64,000 bases of DNA from Octopus sinensis (lineage: Eukaryota). Each line of letters starts with the position of its first letter. Position 1 is the first letter of the stretch. Location of the stretch: NCBI RefSeq assembly GCF_006345805.1, contig NC_043013.1:7192001-7256000 (forward strand). The letters run 5' to 3'. The notes under the pieces are model-generated. The model had not been told where the DNA came from, did not search any database, and worked only from the letters and a program-made list of their open reading frames with translations. The position numbers and the translations under genes are program-made. Below are positions 1 to 11,880 of this stretch, piece by piece.

Positions 1-900
1 GCAACTCATTTCTACAGCTGAGTGAACTGGAGCAACGTGAAATAAAGTGCCTTGCTCATATATATATATATACTAACAATATAGGATGAAGTCCCTTTCT
101 CTACAGAAAAGGATTCCATCAAAAAGCATGGCAGTATATTAAAAAAGCCTTTACGGTTGAAGTATAAACATCTTATAATTAAGGGCTATAGAAGGTTATA
201 TATATAAGACATCTAAGACATCTGTCCAACCCATGCCAGCATGGAAAAATGGACGTTAAATGATGATGAGGTTGATGATGATGATGATGATAAAGATATA
301 TTTGTTATATTAAGAATTTCATGCCATTGTTATTAATGGTAAGCTTCCAACAAACTATAATCTGCTCAGAACTGATTTCTTGTTAAACCATTTAATTTTG
401 TTTACTCAACATATTAACTATTTCTGGGTTCAGTCAAGAACTTGAACGGAGACAAACTCTTTCAGGCTGATCACCACTACCTCACTACCTTTGATATACT
501 GCATAAAGAAGTATACTACATAATCCCCTACCTCTAGACACAGTCTGAAAATGTAGACTGTAGTGTTCTTCTTTAATTATATATTCATTGTTACCTGCGT
601 CGCCTTACTAGCACTTGTGCTCGTGGCACGTGAAAAAACATTCAAGCGAGGTCGTTGCCAGTGCCGCTGGACTGGCTCCTGTGCATGTGACACATAAAAA
701 GCACCATTTGAGCATGGCCGTTGCCAGTACCACCTGACTGGCTCTGATGCCAGTGGCATGTAAAAGCACCCACTAAACTCTCAGAGTGGTTGGCACTAGG
801 AAGGGCATCCGGCTGTAGAAACTCTGCCAGATCAGATTGGAGTCTGGTGCAGCCATCTGGTTCACCAGACCTTATTCAAATCGTCCAACCCATGCTAGCC

Positions 901-1717
901 TTTTACCTTTTACTTATTCTTAGTGCAAATTTTGAAGAGTGCAGTTCGATTTTAACAGTTATTTTTTCAAAGCTATAATAGAAGTGACAAAGGAGCATAC
1001 TCAGCATATTTTGCTTTATGAGTTCAATAAAGGCAACAATGCAATGGAAAGTGCAAGGAATATTAATGCAAATATGGGGATTGGACAATAAGCATAAGCC
1101 AATGTCAACAGTGATTCCAGAAATTTCAAGCCGGAAACTACAGCCTAGAAGACGAGCCTCATCCTGGATGATCTGTAGAGCTTGACAAGGATGTTCTGCA
1201 CACCCTGGTGGAACAAAATCCCATCGTAACTGTTGAGGAACTAGCAGAGAAGCTTGGATTTGGTATTTCAACAATCATTGAACACAGCTAGAAGAAAAAC
1301 GACCATCTCTGGTTTCAAGACGAAAGGTATTCTTCCATCAGGATAATGCTCGACCACATACAACGAGGATGACATTCCAAAGGCTGGAGCAGTTTGAATG
1401 GGAAACGATGCCCCACTAACCATATTCGCCAGACATTGCCCCATCTGATTGTCATTTATTCTGCAGTCTTCAAAATCATTTGGACGGAAAAAATATGTTT
1501 TCTGTAAATGAGATCAGAACAGTACTGGAGGAGTACTTTCCATCATGGACAAGGAAATTTTGGAAGAGGGGCCTTGCAAATCTGCCAAATAGATGGGAGA
1601 GTATTGTAGAACATGAAGGAGTGTATATTTTAGATTAAAAAAGAACTTTGTTTATCTTAATTTTGAAAAAGAAAAAAAGTATTAAAAAAACTGTATTGTT
1701 TATGGGATGACCCAATA
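901..1717 (+). mobile_element. Decayed mariner (Tc1/mariner) transposon, internally deleted, right TIR retained
   Basis: Frameshifted remnants of the N-terminal HTH (EHTQHILLYEFNKGNNAMESARNIN), FHQDNARPH and YSPDIAPSD motifs; ends ...TTTATGGGATGACCCAA+TA. Confidence 0.9.
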
Positions 1718-2129
1718 ATAATAATGATTTCCAATTTTGGCACAAGGCCAGTAATTTCGAGGAAAGTGGTTAATTGATTACATTGACCTCAGTTGCTATG
1801 CTGGTACTTATTTTATCTACCCCGAAAGGATGAAAGGCAAAGTCAACCTCGGCAGGATTTGAACTCAGAAACATTTTACGCAGCATGTTAACGATTCCGC
1901 CAGCTTGCTGCTTTCTACTGTCTTATGATGAAGTGATGTCAGATTTGTCTCTTTTTAATTGCTTGGAAACGGATGGCTTCTGCCAAGTTGAATACATACA
2001 TTTTAATTCTTCCATTACCATATTTCTAACAAGAATAGATTGTCTGTCTTTAATTAATTTTCAAAATGATCCAAGAATTTAATTCAAAAAGAATTAGTAA
2101 AAATAACAGAAACTATTTTTAAACATTTC

Positions 2130-2500
2130 TCTACTCTTCCTTCTTTATTTTTGTTTTGTCATTTCTTTTCCCCCTTTCTTTCCTTTCTTTCTTTCCTTCC
2201 CACCTTCATTCTTTACTTCTTCTTACCATTCCTTCTTTCTACTGTCCTTTCTTTCTATCTGTCTTTCTTTCCTTCTCTCCTTTCTTTCCTTCTCTCCTTT
2301 CTTCTTTCCTTCCCACCTTCATTCTTTACTTCTTCTTACCATTCCTTCTTTCTACTGTCCTTTCTTTCTATCTGTCTTTCTTTCCTTCTCTCCTTTCTTT
2401 CCTTCTCTCCTTTCTTTCTTTCCTTCTCTCCTTTTTTCCTTCTTTCCTTTCTTTCCTTCTCTCCTTTCTTTCTATCTGTCTTTCTTTCCTTCTCTCCTTG
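2130..2500. repeat. Polypyrimidine tract with internal ~115-bp tandem duplication
   Basis: TTCCTTCCCACCTTCATTCTTTACTTCTTCTTACCATTCC occurs at ~2193 and ~2308. Confidence 0.9.
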
Positions 2501-2531
2501 TGTTCTTATTGAGACTCCTTCTGTAGAGGAT

Positions 2532-2806
2532 GAGGAGGCGCGTGGCTTAGTGGTTAGGATGTCAGCATCATGATCATAAGATTGTAATTTTGATTCCTGG
2601 ACCGGGCGACGCGTTGTGTTCTTGAGCTAAACACTTCATTTCAATGTTGCTCCAGTCCACTCAGCTGGCAAAAATGAGTAACGCTGTGATGGACTGGTGT
2701 CCAGTCCAGTCCAGTCCAGCTGGGGAACACATACGCCATTGAAACCAGGAAATCAGGCCCATGAGCCTGGCTAGGCTTTAAAAGGGCGCATTTATTTTAA
2801 TTTTTT
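2532..2806 (+). mobile_element. tRNA-headed SINE (head H1, tail T1)
   Basis: A-box TGGCTTAGTGG and degenerate B-box; 13-bp TSD TTCTGTAGAGGAT. Confidence 0.88.
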
Positions 2807-3661
2807 TTCTGTAGAGGATTACCAATCAAGGCTACAGGGTTCATCACCCTCCCTAAATAGTTTTTCTAGTTGTAGTAGCTGGTATTGTTTAACCCCAAGA
2901 CAGCTATGTTTAAGCAATACCATGATCAAAGGTCTTCCAGTGTTTTTTTCTTTTGTCTTTTATGCTTTTTTTTCTCTGCTTTTTTTTCTCTGCATTCAGT
3001 CACATGGTTCTGGGTTCAGTCCCATTTCGTGGCACCTTCGGCAAGTGTTTGCTACTATAGTCCTGGGCTGACTAATGCCTTGTGAATGAATTTGGTATAT
3101 GAAAATTGTATGGAAACTTGTTGTGTATATGTGTGTGTGTGTGTGGTGTGTGTGTGTGTGTGCATGTTTGTCCCCCATTACTGCTTGACAACCAGTGTTG
3201 GTTTGGTTACATCCTCACAACATAGTAGTTCAGCAAAAATGACTGGTAGAACAAGAACCTGACCTAAAAATAAAAACTGGTTGATTTCTTTGACAGAGCC
3301 CTTCAAGGCAATGCTGCAGCATGGCCACAGTCTAATGACTGAAACAAAATAAAAGATAAAAAGATAAAGCAAGCATAGGATCAAAGGTAGTCCAGTATGA
3401 CCATCCCTTCGGTTTGCACACCAGGGACTACACTATTTGATATATTTTTTATTTTTTGATTTAAGTATGACAGGAAGAAAATTTAGCTGCTATTTCTAGC
3501 AGGTCAACTGGCTTTGTTTTGATACATTGTCATAACCATGTTTATATACACTATAATACACTAACCATTACAACATCAATAACTACCACCATCACCACTG
3601 CCACTCCACCTCAACCATATATAACAATACCACTGCATTGCCAACACAATGCCTATATCAT

Positions 3662-3699
<38 letters not shown>

Positions 3700-3803
3700 A
3701 TACACTATAAAAACCAATACCACCATCATCACCTTCCTCAACACCACCACTACCACTGCAGCATCACTAACCACTACAGCCATCATCACCAACACATAAT
3801 TAC

Positions 3804-4031
3804 CTATTTCTTTATTGCCCACAAGGGGCTAAACATAGAGGGGACAAACAAGGACAGACATAGGTATTAAGTCGATTACATCGACCCTAGTGCGTAACTG
3901 GTACTTAATTTATCGACCCCGAAAGGATGAAAGGCAAAGTGGACCTCGGCAGAATTTGAACTCACAACGTAACGGCAGACGAAATACCGCTAAGCATTTC
4001 GCCCGGCGCGCTAATGTTTCTGTCAGCTCGC
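3804..4031 (-). mobile_element. SINE family C monomer
   Basis: GGCGAGCTG..AGAAACGTTAGC head, GAGTTCAAATTC B-box-like motif, CCCCTTGTGGGCAATAAAGAAA tail. Confidence 0.88.
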
Positions 4032-4244
4032 CACACATAATTACCACCACCACTAAATCGCCACTCCAATAATGCCAATCCACAAAGAAAACCAGCAGCA
4101 TCATCACCCACTATGCCACCGTTCTCTTCACTACCACTGCCACCACAACCACATCAACAATACCACTATGTTGCCAACACAGTTACTATACTACTATCAC
4201 AAACATCACCCATACTGCCACCAACATGGCCATCACCTTCCACT

Positions 4245-4545
4245 AGTGGCTTAGTGATTAGGGGCATTCAGATCACAATCACAAGGTTGTGAGTTCAATT
4301 CCTGGCAGTGCATTGTGTCCTTGAGCAAGACACTTTATTTCACATTGCTCCAGTTTACTCAGCTGCCAAAAATGAGTAGTACCTGTATTTCAAAGGGCCA
4401 GCCTTGTCACACTCTGTGTCACGCTGAATCTCCCTGGAAACTACATTAAGGGTATGTGTGTCTGTGGAGTGCTCAGCCACTTGCATGTTAATTTCACGAG
4501 CAGGTATTTCCGTTGATCGGATCAAGTGGAACCTTTGTCGTTATA
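4245..4545 (+). mobile_element. tRNA-headed SINE (H1/T2), older copy
   Basis: Colinear similarity to 30073-30398. Confidence 0.8.
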
Positions 4546-5419
4546 AACAGTGGAGTGCTTGTTATCCACTACCAACTCAACTACCACCCATACCACAGCA
4601 ACCACCACGACCGAAACAACCTTTATTATCTACTACCAATACAGCTAACACCCATACCACAGTAACCACCGACACCACCACCACTACCACCACCACCACC
4701 ACCACCACTTATCACCACCAACAACACACCACCACCACCATCATTGTACATTGTCTTTATGAGATTACTCAATCTACTAGAAAGAGCAGGCAAATTTTCC
4801 TCAAATTCCACTTTTATAATCCTTAAAAATAGATAGACTTTGAAAAATTCAGTGGGGTTGGTCACAATTAGAACTTCGTTGATCGTAGATTTTTCTCAGG
4901 ATCAGGACTGACTCAACAACTTAAGAAGGTTAAATGCCTGGTACTTGGTGTCTTTTCTTATTATTATTGCATTTTATTTGCTTACCATCTCCTTGTTTTC
5001 CTTTTCTCTTCATTTCATTTCCTACTCTCTCTCTCTCTCTCTTTTTCTTCCTTTTTTCTCTACCTCCTTTCTTCTGCATTTTCTGTTTTTTTCACTCTTT
5101 CACACACACACACACACACTCTCTCTCTGTCCCCCCTCTCTGTCCCTCTCTCTCTCTCTCTCACTTTCTCTTCTCCTATCTCACCGCCTTCACTTTCACT
5201 TACTCTCTCACTTTCTGTCTTTCTCTTTCTTCACCCCTCTTCTCTCTCTCCTGACTCACTTATATCTTACTCTTTCCTCTCTCACTATTTCATTGTCTTT
5301 TCCCCTTCTCTCTCTCTCTCCCCTCTCATACACTCTTCACCACTCTACCACCACCACCACCACCACCACCACCAGCACAATATTTCCATTCCGCTTGCCC
5401 AAATTCAGTAAATATTACC

Positions 5420-5505
5420 ATGATTCTTAATGCCGGCCAAGAACTCGGAGACAGGCTGATGCCACACGTTGCCATGCTTCCAGTAACTCTCAGAAATGCA
5501 ATCAG
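5420..5505 (+). CDS. Candidate upstream/first coding exon, possibly of furry
   Basis: CpG-containing island after a long CT/CA/CAC tract. ATG at 5420 reads MILNAGQELGDRLMPHVAMLPVTLRNAI(R) and ends CAG|GTTTCT in phase 2, matching the phase-2 acceptor at 39422. The donor is weak and other frames/strands are also open. Confidence 0.3.
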
Positions 5506-5609
5506 GTTTCTATGTATGTGTGCATGTGTATTGATTATGTTTTGTTTTGGGGTTTTTTATTTCTCATTTTGTTTATCTATATGCAAATGTATGAGAAAGA
5601 AATTGTAAT

Positions 5610-5792
5610 TAGAAATGTCTATATATGTGTGTGTATGTGTGTGCACGCGTGTGTGTGTGTGTGTGTGTGTGCTTTATATGTTTTGTTCACCCGAATATAT
5701 TGACTTAGATATATCATCATCGTGTTTGTATACACGTGTTTCTAATATATGTACATGTATATGTTTCGCGTGTATATGTTTATATATATATA

Positions 5793-5826
<34 letters not shown>

Positions 5827-5848
5827 AATGTATGTATATATGTGTGTA

Positions 5849-5886
<38 letters not shown>

Positions 5887-6240
5887 GACCATGATGTAAT
5901 GTAATATATTTATAGTATATGTTTATATATATATGTATATATATATATATATATATACATACACACATACATACATACATACATGCATGCATACATACAT
6001 ACATACATACATACATACATACATACATGCATACATACATGCATACATGCATGCATGCATACATACATACATACATACATACATACATACACATGCACAC
6101 ATAAATACATGCACACATATCCATACATATATGTGTGCAGGCATATGTACATGTACATGAATGTATGCATGCCCATGTCAGTGTGAAATGATCATATATA
6201 ATATGTGTGTGTTTGTGTTTGTGTGTGTGTGTATGCTTAA
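5610..6240. repeat. Compound (TG)/(TA)/(ATAC) microsatellite field
   Basis: Read directly from the sequence. Confidence 0.95.
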
Positions 6241-7074
6241 TGTCTGTATGTGTTTATGTATGCACATACAAATTCCTTATTTTATATGATTTCTGCATCC
6301 AATCACACACATACACGCAAAAGCACCAGATTGTTTATACCCAAGCATATACATACATACTACATTATACATTCACACACACACATTCTACACACGCTGT
6401 CACACAGTTAAACTAACTGTTATCTTACAACGACATTGACTGTATTTTTTACTAATCCTGACACAAGTTTGCTTTACATTTTTATTATATTTATTTTTGT
6501 AGTTTTTCTTTTTTTTTTACTTTCATCTTTTCCCCACTCTATATGCATTGAGATTGTATAGTCAGCATATATGAGCATCTGTTTGTATTTTAGTAATCTA
6601 TTCATGCATATTTCAAATTGCATTTAAGGAAAGGAAAAAAAAAGAAAGACTTGTATATTTAATCCTTTGTCGTTTAGTTGTTTCGGTCGTTAGACTGCCG
6701 CCACCCTGCAGCACCCCCTTGAAGAATTTTGGTTGAGTGAATTGATCCCAGTAATTATTTTTTAAGGCCTGGAACTTACACTGTCAGTCTCTTTTTGCTG
6801 AGCTGCTAAATTACAGGGACATAAACACACCAGCACTGGTTGTCAAGCAACGGTGGGACAAACACACACTCACACTTAATGGTCTTCTTTTCAGTTTCCA
6901 TCTACCAAATCTTCTCTCAAGGCTTTGGTCAGCCCAAGGGTATAGCAGAAGACACTTACCCAAGTGCCATGTAGTAGGACTGAGATTGGGACTGAACCTG
7001 GGACCATGTGGTATGGAAGCAAACTTTTTACCACACAGCCACAGTCTCTTTGACATCATCATCATCATCATCAT

Positions 7075-7440
7075 CATCGTTTAACGTCCGCTTTCCATGC
7101 TAGCATGGGTTGGACGGTTCAACTGGGGTCTGGGAAGCCCGAAGGCTGCACCAGGTCAGTCAGATCTGGCAGTGTTTCTACAGCTGGATGCCCTTCCTAA
7201 TGCCAACCACTCTGTGAGTGTAGTGGGTGTTTTTTACGTGCCACTGGCACAGAGGCCAAGCGAGGCTGGCCAGGCGAGGCTGGCATGGCCACGATCGGAT
7301 GGTGTTTGTTACATGCCCACAGCACGGAGGCCAGTCGATGCGGCACTGGCTACGGCCACGTTCGGATGGTCTTCCTATGTGCCACCAGCACCGGTACCAC
7401 AAAAATACAAATTCCATTGATGTTCATCGATTTTGATTTG
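7075..7440. mobile_element. Interspersed repeat family D ((ATC)n-ended, ~50-bp internal subrepeats)
   Basis: CATCATCGTTTAACGTCCGCTTTCCATGCTAGCATGGG...GGATGCCCTTCCTAA core. Other copies at ~585-900, 18455-19165, 28940-29255, 47178-47430, 51430-51820 and 54630-55095. Confidence 0.85.
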
Positions 7441-8208
7441 GTTTGACAGACACCTTAAAATCTCAATTTTAATGCTGAGCTGTGCCTCTCCTCTTGTTTC
7501 CGCTGTCATTATTAAAGTGTCTTCAGTTTGCTGAATATGTAATTTTTTTCTATGGTTTTCTGAGGAAAGGCAACATGCAGATAGTCTTTTAGAGTCCCTC
7601 TGATTAGCTGAGGAAAGTTATCTTCAGGCTGAAGCGTTAGTCTGAGAATTTGCAACATAGATTCTGCTAAAGGGCCAGGTGGTGCTTTTAAACTGAGTAA
7701 GAAATTAAGGCAAATGTGCCACATAAAAAGCACTACTCACCTCACCTGTGCTTGTGTCCATGTAAAAAGCACTAAGTCCACTCTGCTGAGTGGTTGATGT
7801 TAGGAAGGCATTCAGCTGTAAAATCCCTGCCAAAACAGTCACAGAAGTCTCGTGCAGGCTTCAGCCTGGCCAGCTCTTGTGGTACTGTCCCACCCATGCT
7901 AGCGTGAAGATGGACATTAAATGATGATGATGATGATATCTTCTTTTTCTACTTGCTATAACTTATGCTTGTGTTGGCTATGCTTTTCAAAGCTAATAAT
8001 ATCTGAGAGTCATTGCTCTTGTAAGGAATTTCAGTAGCCATTAGGGTTTATATACCTATTCCACCCTTGATATTTTGTCATCATATTTCTGTTGAAATAC
8101 ACTATTATTGTTTCAATTGATTTTGATAATAATAAAGAATTTAGTATTTTATCATTATTAAACTGGTGTTTCGAACATAAACTAATAGTCTTATGATAGG
8201 TTTTAAAT

Positions 8209-8514
8209 CAGTGGTTCCCAAACATTTTTGAGTTGCTTCCCCTTTGGCACTTGGGCCACATTCCTAATGCCCCACCCCCACCCCCACCACTTACCACCAC
8301 AAACATAAACTAATTTCTGCTCAAATTCAAAATAACTGTATTTCACAAATAAAAACTTAATCTAGTTAACCCATTATTTTGTTTACTTTTACATCCATCG
8401 CCCCCTTTTGGCCACTCTGTTATTACCCCACTTTTCTTCAATGCTCCTCTGGATCTTTCCACCACCCCCAGGTGTGGTGGGAGCAAACAATACTGCCCAC
8501 TTTAGGAACCACTG
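8209..8514. mobile_element. hAT (Charlie-like) MITE
   Basis: TIRs CAGTGGTTCCCAAA / TTTAGGAACCACTG; 8-bp TSD TTTTAAAT / TTTTAAAC (7/8). Confidence 0.85.
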
Positions 8515-8561
8515 TTTTAAACTAACATAACTTTAAATCAGGAAGTTTGTATTACAGGACC

Positions 8562-8925
8562 GTGGAGACGCAATGGCCCAGTGGTTAGGGCAGCGGACTC
8601 GCGGTCATAGGATCGCGGTTTCGATTCCCAGACCGGGCGTTGTGAGTGTTTATTGAGCGAAAACACCTAAAGCTCCACGAGGCTCCTGCAGGGGATGGTG
8701 GTGATCCCTGCTGTACTCTTTCACCACAACTTTCTCTCACTCTTACTTCCTGTTTCTGTTGTACCTGTATTTCAAAGGGCCGGCCTTGTCACTCTCTGTG
8801 TCACGTTAAGAGTACACGTGTCTGTGGAGTGCTCAGCCACTTACACGTTAATTTCACGAGCAGGCTGTTCCGTTGATTCGGATCAACCGGAACCCTCATC
8901 GTCGTAACCGACGGAGTGCTTCCAC
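8562..8925 (+). mobile_element. tRNA-headed SINE (head H2, tail T2)
   Basis: TGGCCCAGTGG / GTTTCGATTCC boxes; 11-bp TSD ATTACAGGACC. Confidence 0.9.
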
Positions 8926-10372
8926 ATTACAGGACCAAGACAATCTTAGTTGGGTTGATAACAAAAGGGCAAATTGTCTGCAAATTTGTTTAGGAATTTT
9001 GGTCATTGTTTCTTGCTTGAAGAAGCTTGAGACATACCAATGCCAGTTGATTAATTCAAATGCAAGTACTTGCACAGTACTTTACTTTATCAAACCCCAA
9101 AAGGATGAAAGGCAAAATTTACCTCTCTGAGATTTGAACTCAGAATGTAAAGCATTTTGTTTGACTCTGTAATGTTTTTTTTACCAATCCACTATCTTTA
9201 ATTAACTAATTAACACTTTGAATTAATGAACACTTCCCAAATGTTTGTCTACCACCCAACCATATACTTATTGTATGTTTTTCTCGTTTCTGCTATTACA
9301 GCATCTTTTTTTTCTTTCTCTAAAGTACAAACAACACTTTTTTTTTAAATTTCACCAACTAGCCTCTGAACCAACTGTATCTTTCCCCTGTCTTTTCTAC
9401 TATTGATACTGCGATAGCCTTCATTACTGACCCATTAACACTATTTAGCTTGCCTTTGTCTCTTCTTTTACTACTATTACCACCTACTACATTGTATTCA
9501 TTCTAAAATAACTCAGTCCAAACACTGGCCCAAACTTCAGTCTGTGGTCTTCTGACACTTTTATTGATTACAAGGGCCTTAGCACTTTTGGTTATAACCC
9601 ACCTTCTAACACTTATTCTCCTTCTACCCCCATCTACCATTGATTATTTAGGTATCTGCTTCTGTAAACTCTTTTGTTGATACTAGACTGGACAGTGGAG
9701 AGAATATATGGCCAGACTGAAAGATTGCTTCCCCCCATACAATTTACTACTGCACATTTGAGTGTACAGTATGGTCCTCAGCTAGGTGGAGGCATGCTGT
9801 ATTCTGGAACATAAGAGCTTAGTATCCTACCTAGTTATTTGATGGTGTATCTGCATGTCTGAGATCAACTCAGAGCTAACCTGAGGATTTGAAACAACAA
9901 CAGCTAATACTAGAAAGATATCAGTTCCTTCTTCTAAGCTTAAAACTGTTTCACCATAAGATTTAGTAATGATGATGCTAGCACGGTCAAATTGCATCAA
10001 TGTGTAATCTGCCTAACACCAGTTATAATGCTATCTATATCAGGTCAGTGATCTGACCTGCAAAGGTCTGTTACTAGTAATTGCATAAGCCAATACAACC
10101 TTTCTATACTTGTGTTGATGAGAACTAAACTGGTAACCCCTCCAAGCTTATTTGGTAGGCAGGGAATGATTTTTGTATAACTCTGTGGGATGAAAAACAA
10201 AATCTGTTAAAAAGTGATGTCTAACAGACCTGTGGAATTGCAGGAAACACAACACCCAGAATGAAGTAATAGCAATGCATGATGGACCTCACTTTGTATC
10301 ACTGTAGACAAAGCAGTATTTGGTAAACCAACAAGGAAAGATCAAGTCTAGCTTAACTGAAAATATCCCTCT

Positions 10373-10829
10373 TATTTCTTTTTTCTTTATTGCCCACAAG
10401 GGGCTAAACATAGAGGTGACAAACAAGGACAGACAAAGGGATTAAGTCAATGACATCGATCCTAGTGCATAACCATTACTTAATTTATCGACCCCGAAAG
10501 AATGAAAGGCAAAGTCGACCTTGGTGGAATTTGAACTCAGAATGTGAAGACAGACAAAATACCACTAAGCATTTCGCCCAGCATGCTAACATTTCTTGTT
10601 TATTTATTGCCCACAAGGGGCTAAAGAGAGGGGACAAACAAGAACAGACAAACGAATTAATTCGATTATATTGACCCCAGTGCATAACTGGTACTTATTT
10701 AATCGACCCTGAAAGGTTGAAAGGCAAAGTTGACCTTGGTGGAATTTGAACTCTGAACGTGAAGACAGACGAAATACCGCTTAGCATTTCACCTAGCATG
10801 CTAACATTTCTGCCAGCTCGCAGCCTTGC
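10373..10829 (-). mobile_element. SINE family C head-to-tail dimer
   Basis: Two units bounded by one 12-bp TSD AAATATCCCTCT (10361-10372, 10830-10841). Confidence 0.88.
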
Positions 10830-10841
10830 AAATATCCCTCT

Positions 10842-11880
10842 CGCTTCACTGTTAGAGCCATGCAATTAAACTTACAAAAATGTTTTCAGGTTCCCACCAC
10901 TTGATCAGCTGTGATTTCATGAAGGAATTCATCACAATAAACTGGTCAGACCTGTTGCAAATGTTCAGGTAGTTTGGATATCTGGAAAAGGTCATGTTTA
11001 TGACTTTTTCTTTCATACAGGCTTCAGGGCTTAGCATATACAGGTGAAGTTCAACTCTGCTCATTTTAGTGCTGCACTTCAAAGATAAGACTAAGGTTAC
11101 GTATATGTTAGCGATAGAAATGTTATTTGCTGATGATTGTGCCATTGTATTTTGTAATGCAGAAGTTATGCACAGTTTGATATACGCTTTGTCTGGTGCA
11201 ACCACAAAGTGTGGTTTGAAAATGAACCTCAGAAGACTGAAATTGTTTATCACCCAAGTCCTATCTTTGACCAGGTGGCACCATTTGAGTTCATTCTTAT
11301 CAAAGAGCAGTAAGTGGTAAAGGTAAGCTAAGCCACTTAACCTATCCAAACAATACATTCAATAATGCTGGTAGGCTCAGTAACAAACAAGGTCACCGAT
11401 TGAACAAGGTCAGCTTTTCTATTTGGAAGGTTCAGAGAGTGACCAGAGAACAACAAGCATTTGTCATCAATCCAAATGAAGTACGACGTATTTAGCAATA
11501 GTATTAGCCAGATGACTATATGGAGTAAAAGGATAGTTAATGTACTGCAAACAGATAAAAACCTACACGTTTCTGTGATGAGATACCTGAGACAACTCAT
11601 GAACATTAGTCACAAAGACAGTCGAGAATACTATCATCCCAGAGAAAACCATTTTTCCAAGCATGGAAGAGATATTGGTGCAATGAAAACTTTGCTGATT
11701 AAGCATGTCCAAAGAATGTAAGAAAATTGGTTGCCTAAATAAATACTCATCTCACAGTTATCTTGTAGTACAAGAAATTTAAATAGACACCAATAGATGT
11801 GTAAGATATAGCGAAATGTAACACAAAGAACTTGATAATTGCAGCTGGACCATAGCAGCTGAGGCTAGAAGAACAATTGA
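10842..11880 (+). mobile_element. Decayed RTE-like LINE reverse transcriptase remnant
   Basis: MLFADDCAIV (RT xADD motif) followed by a GLKMNL..K-like segment; many stops and frameshifts. May extend further left, past the SINE dimer. Confidence 0.75.
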
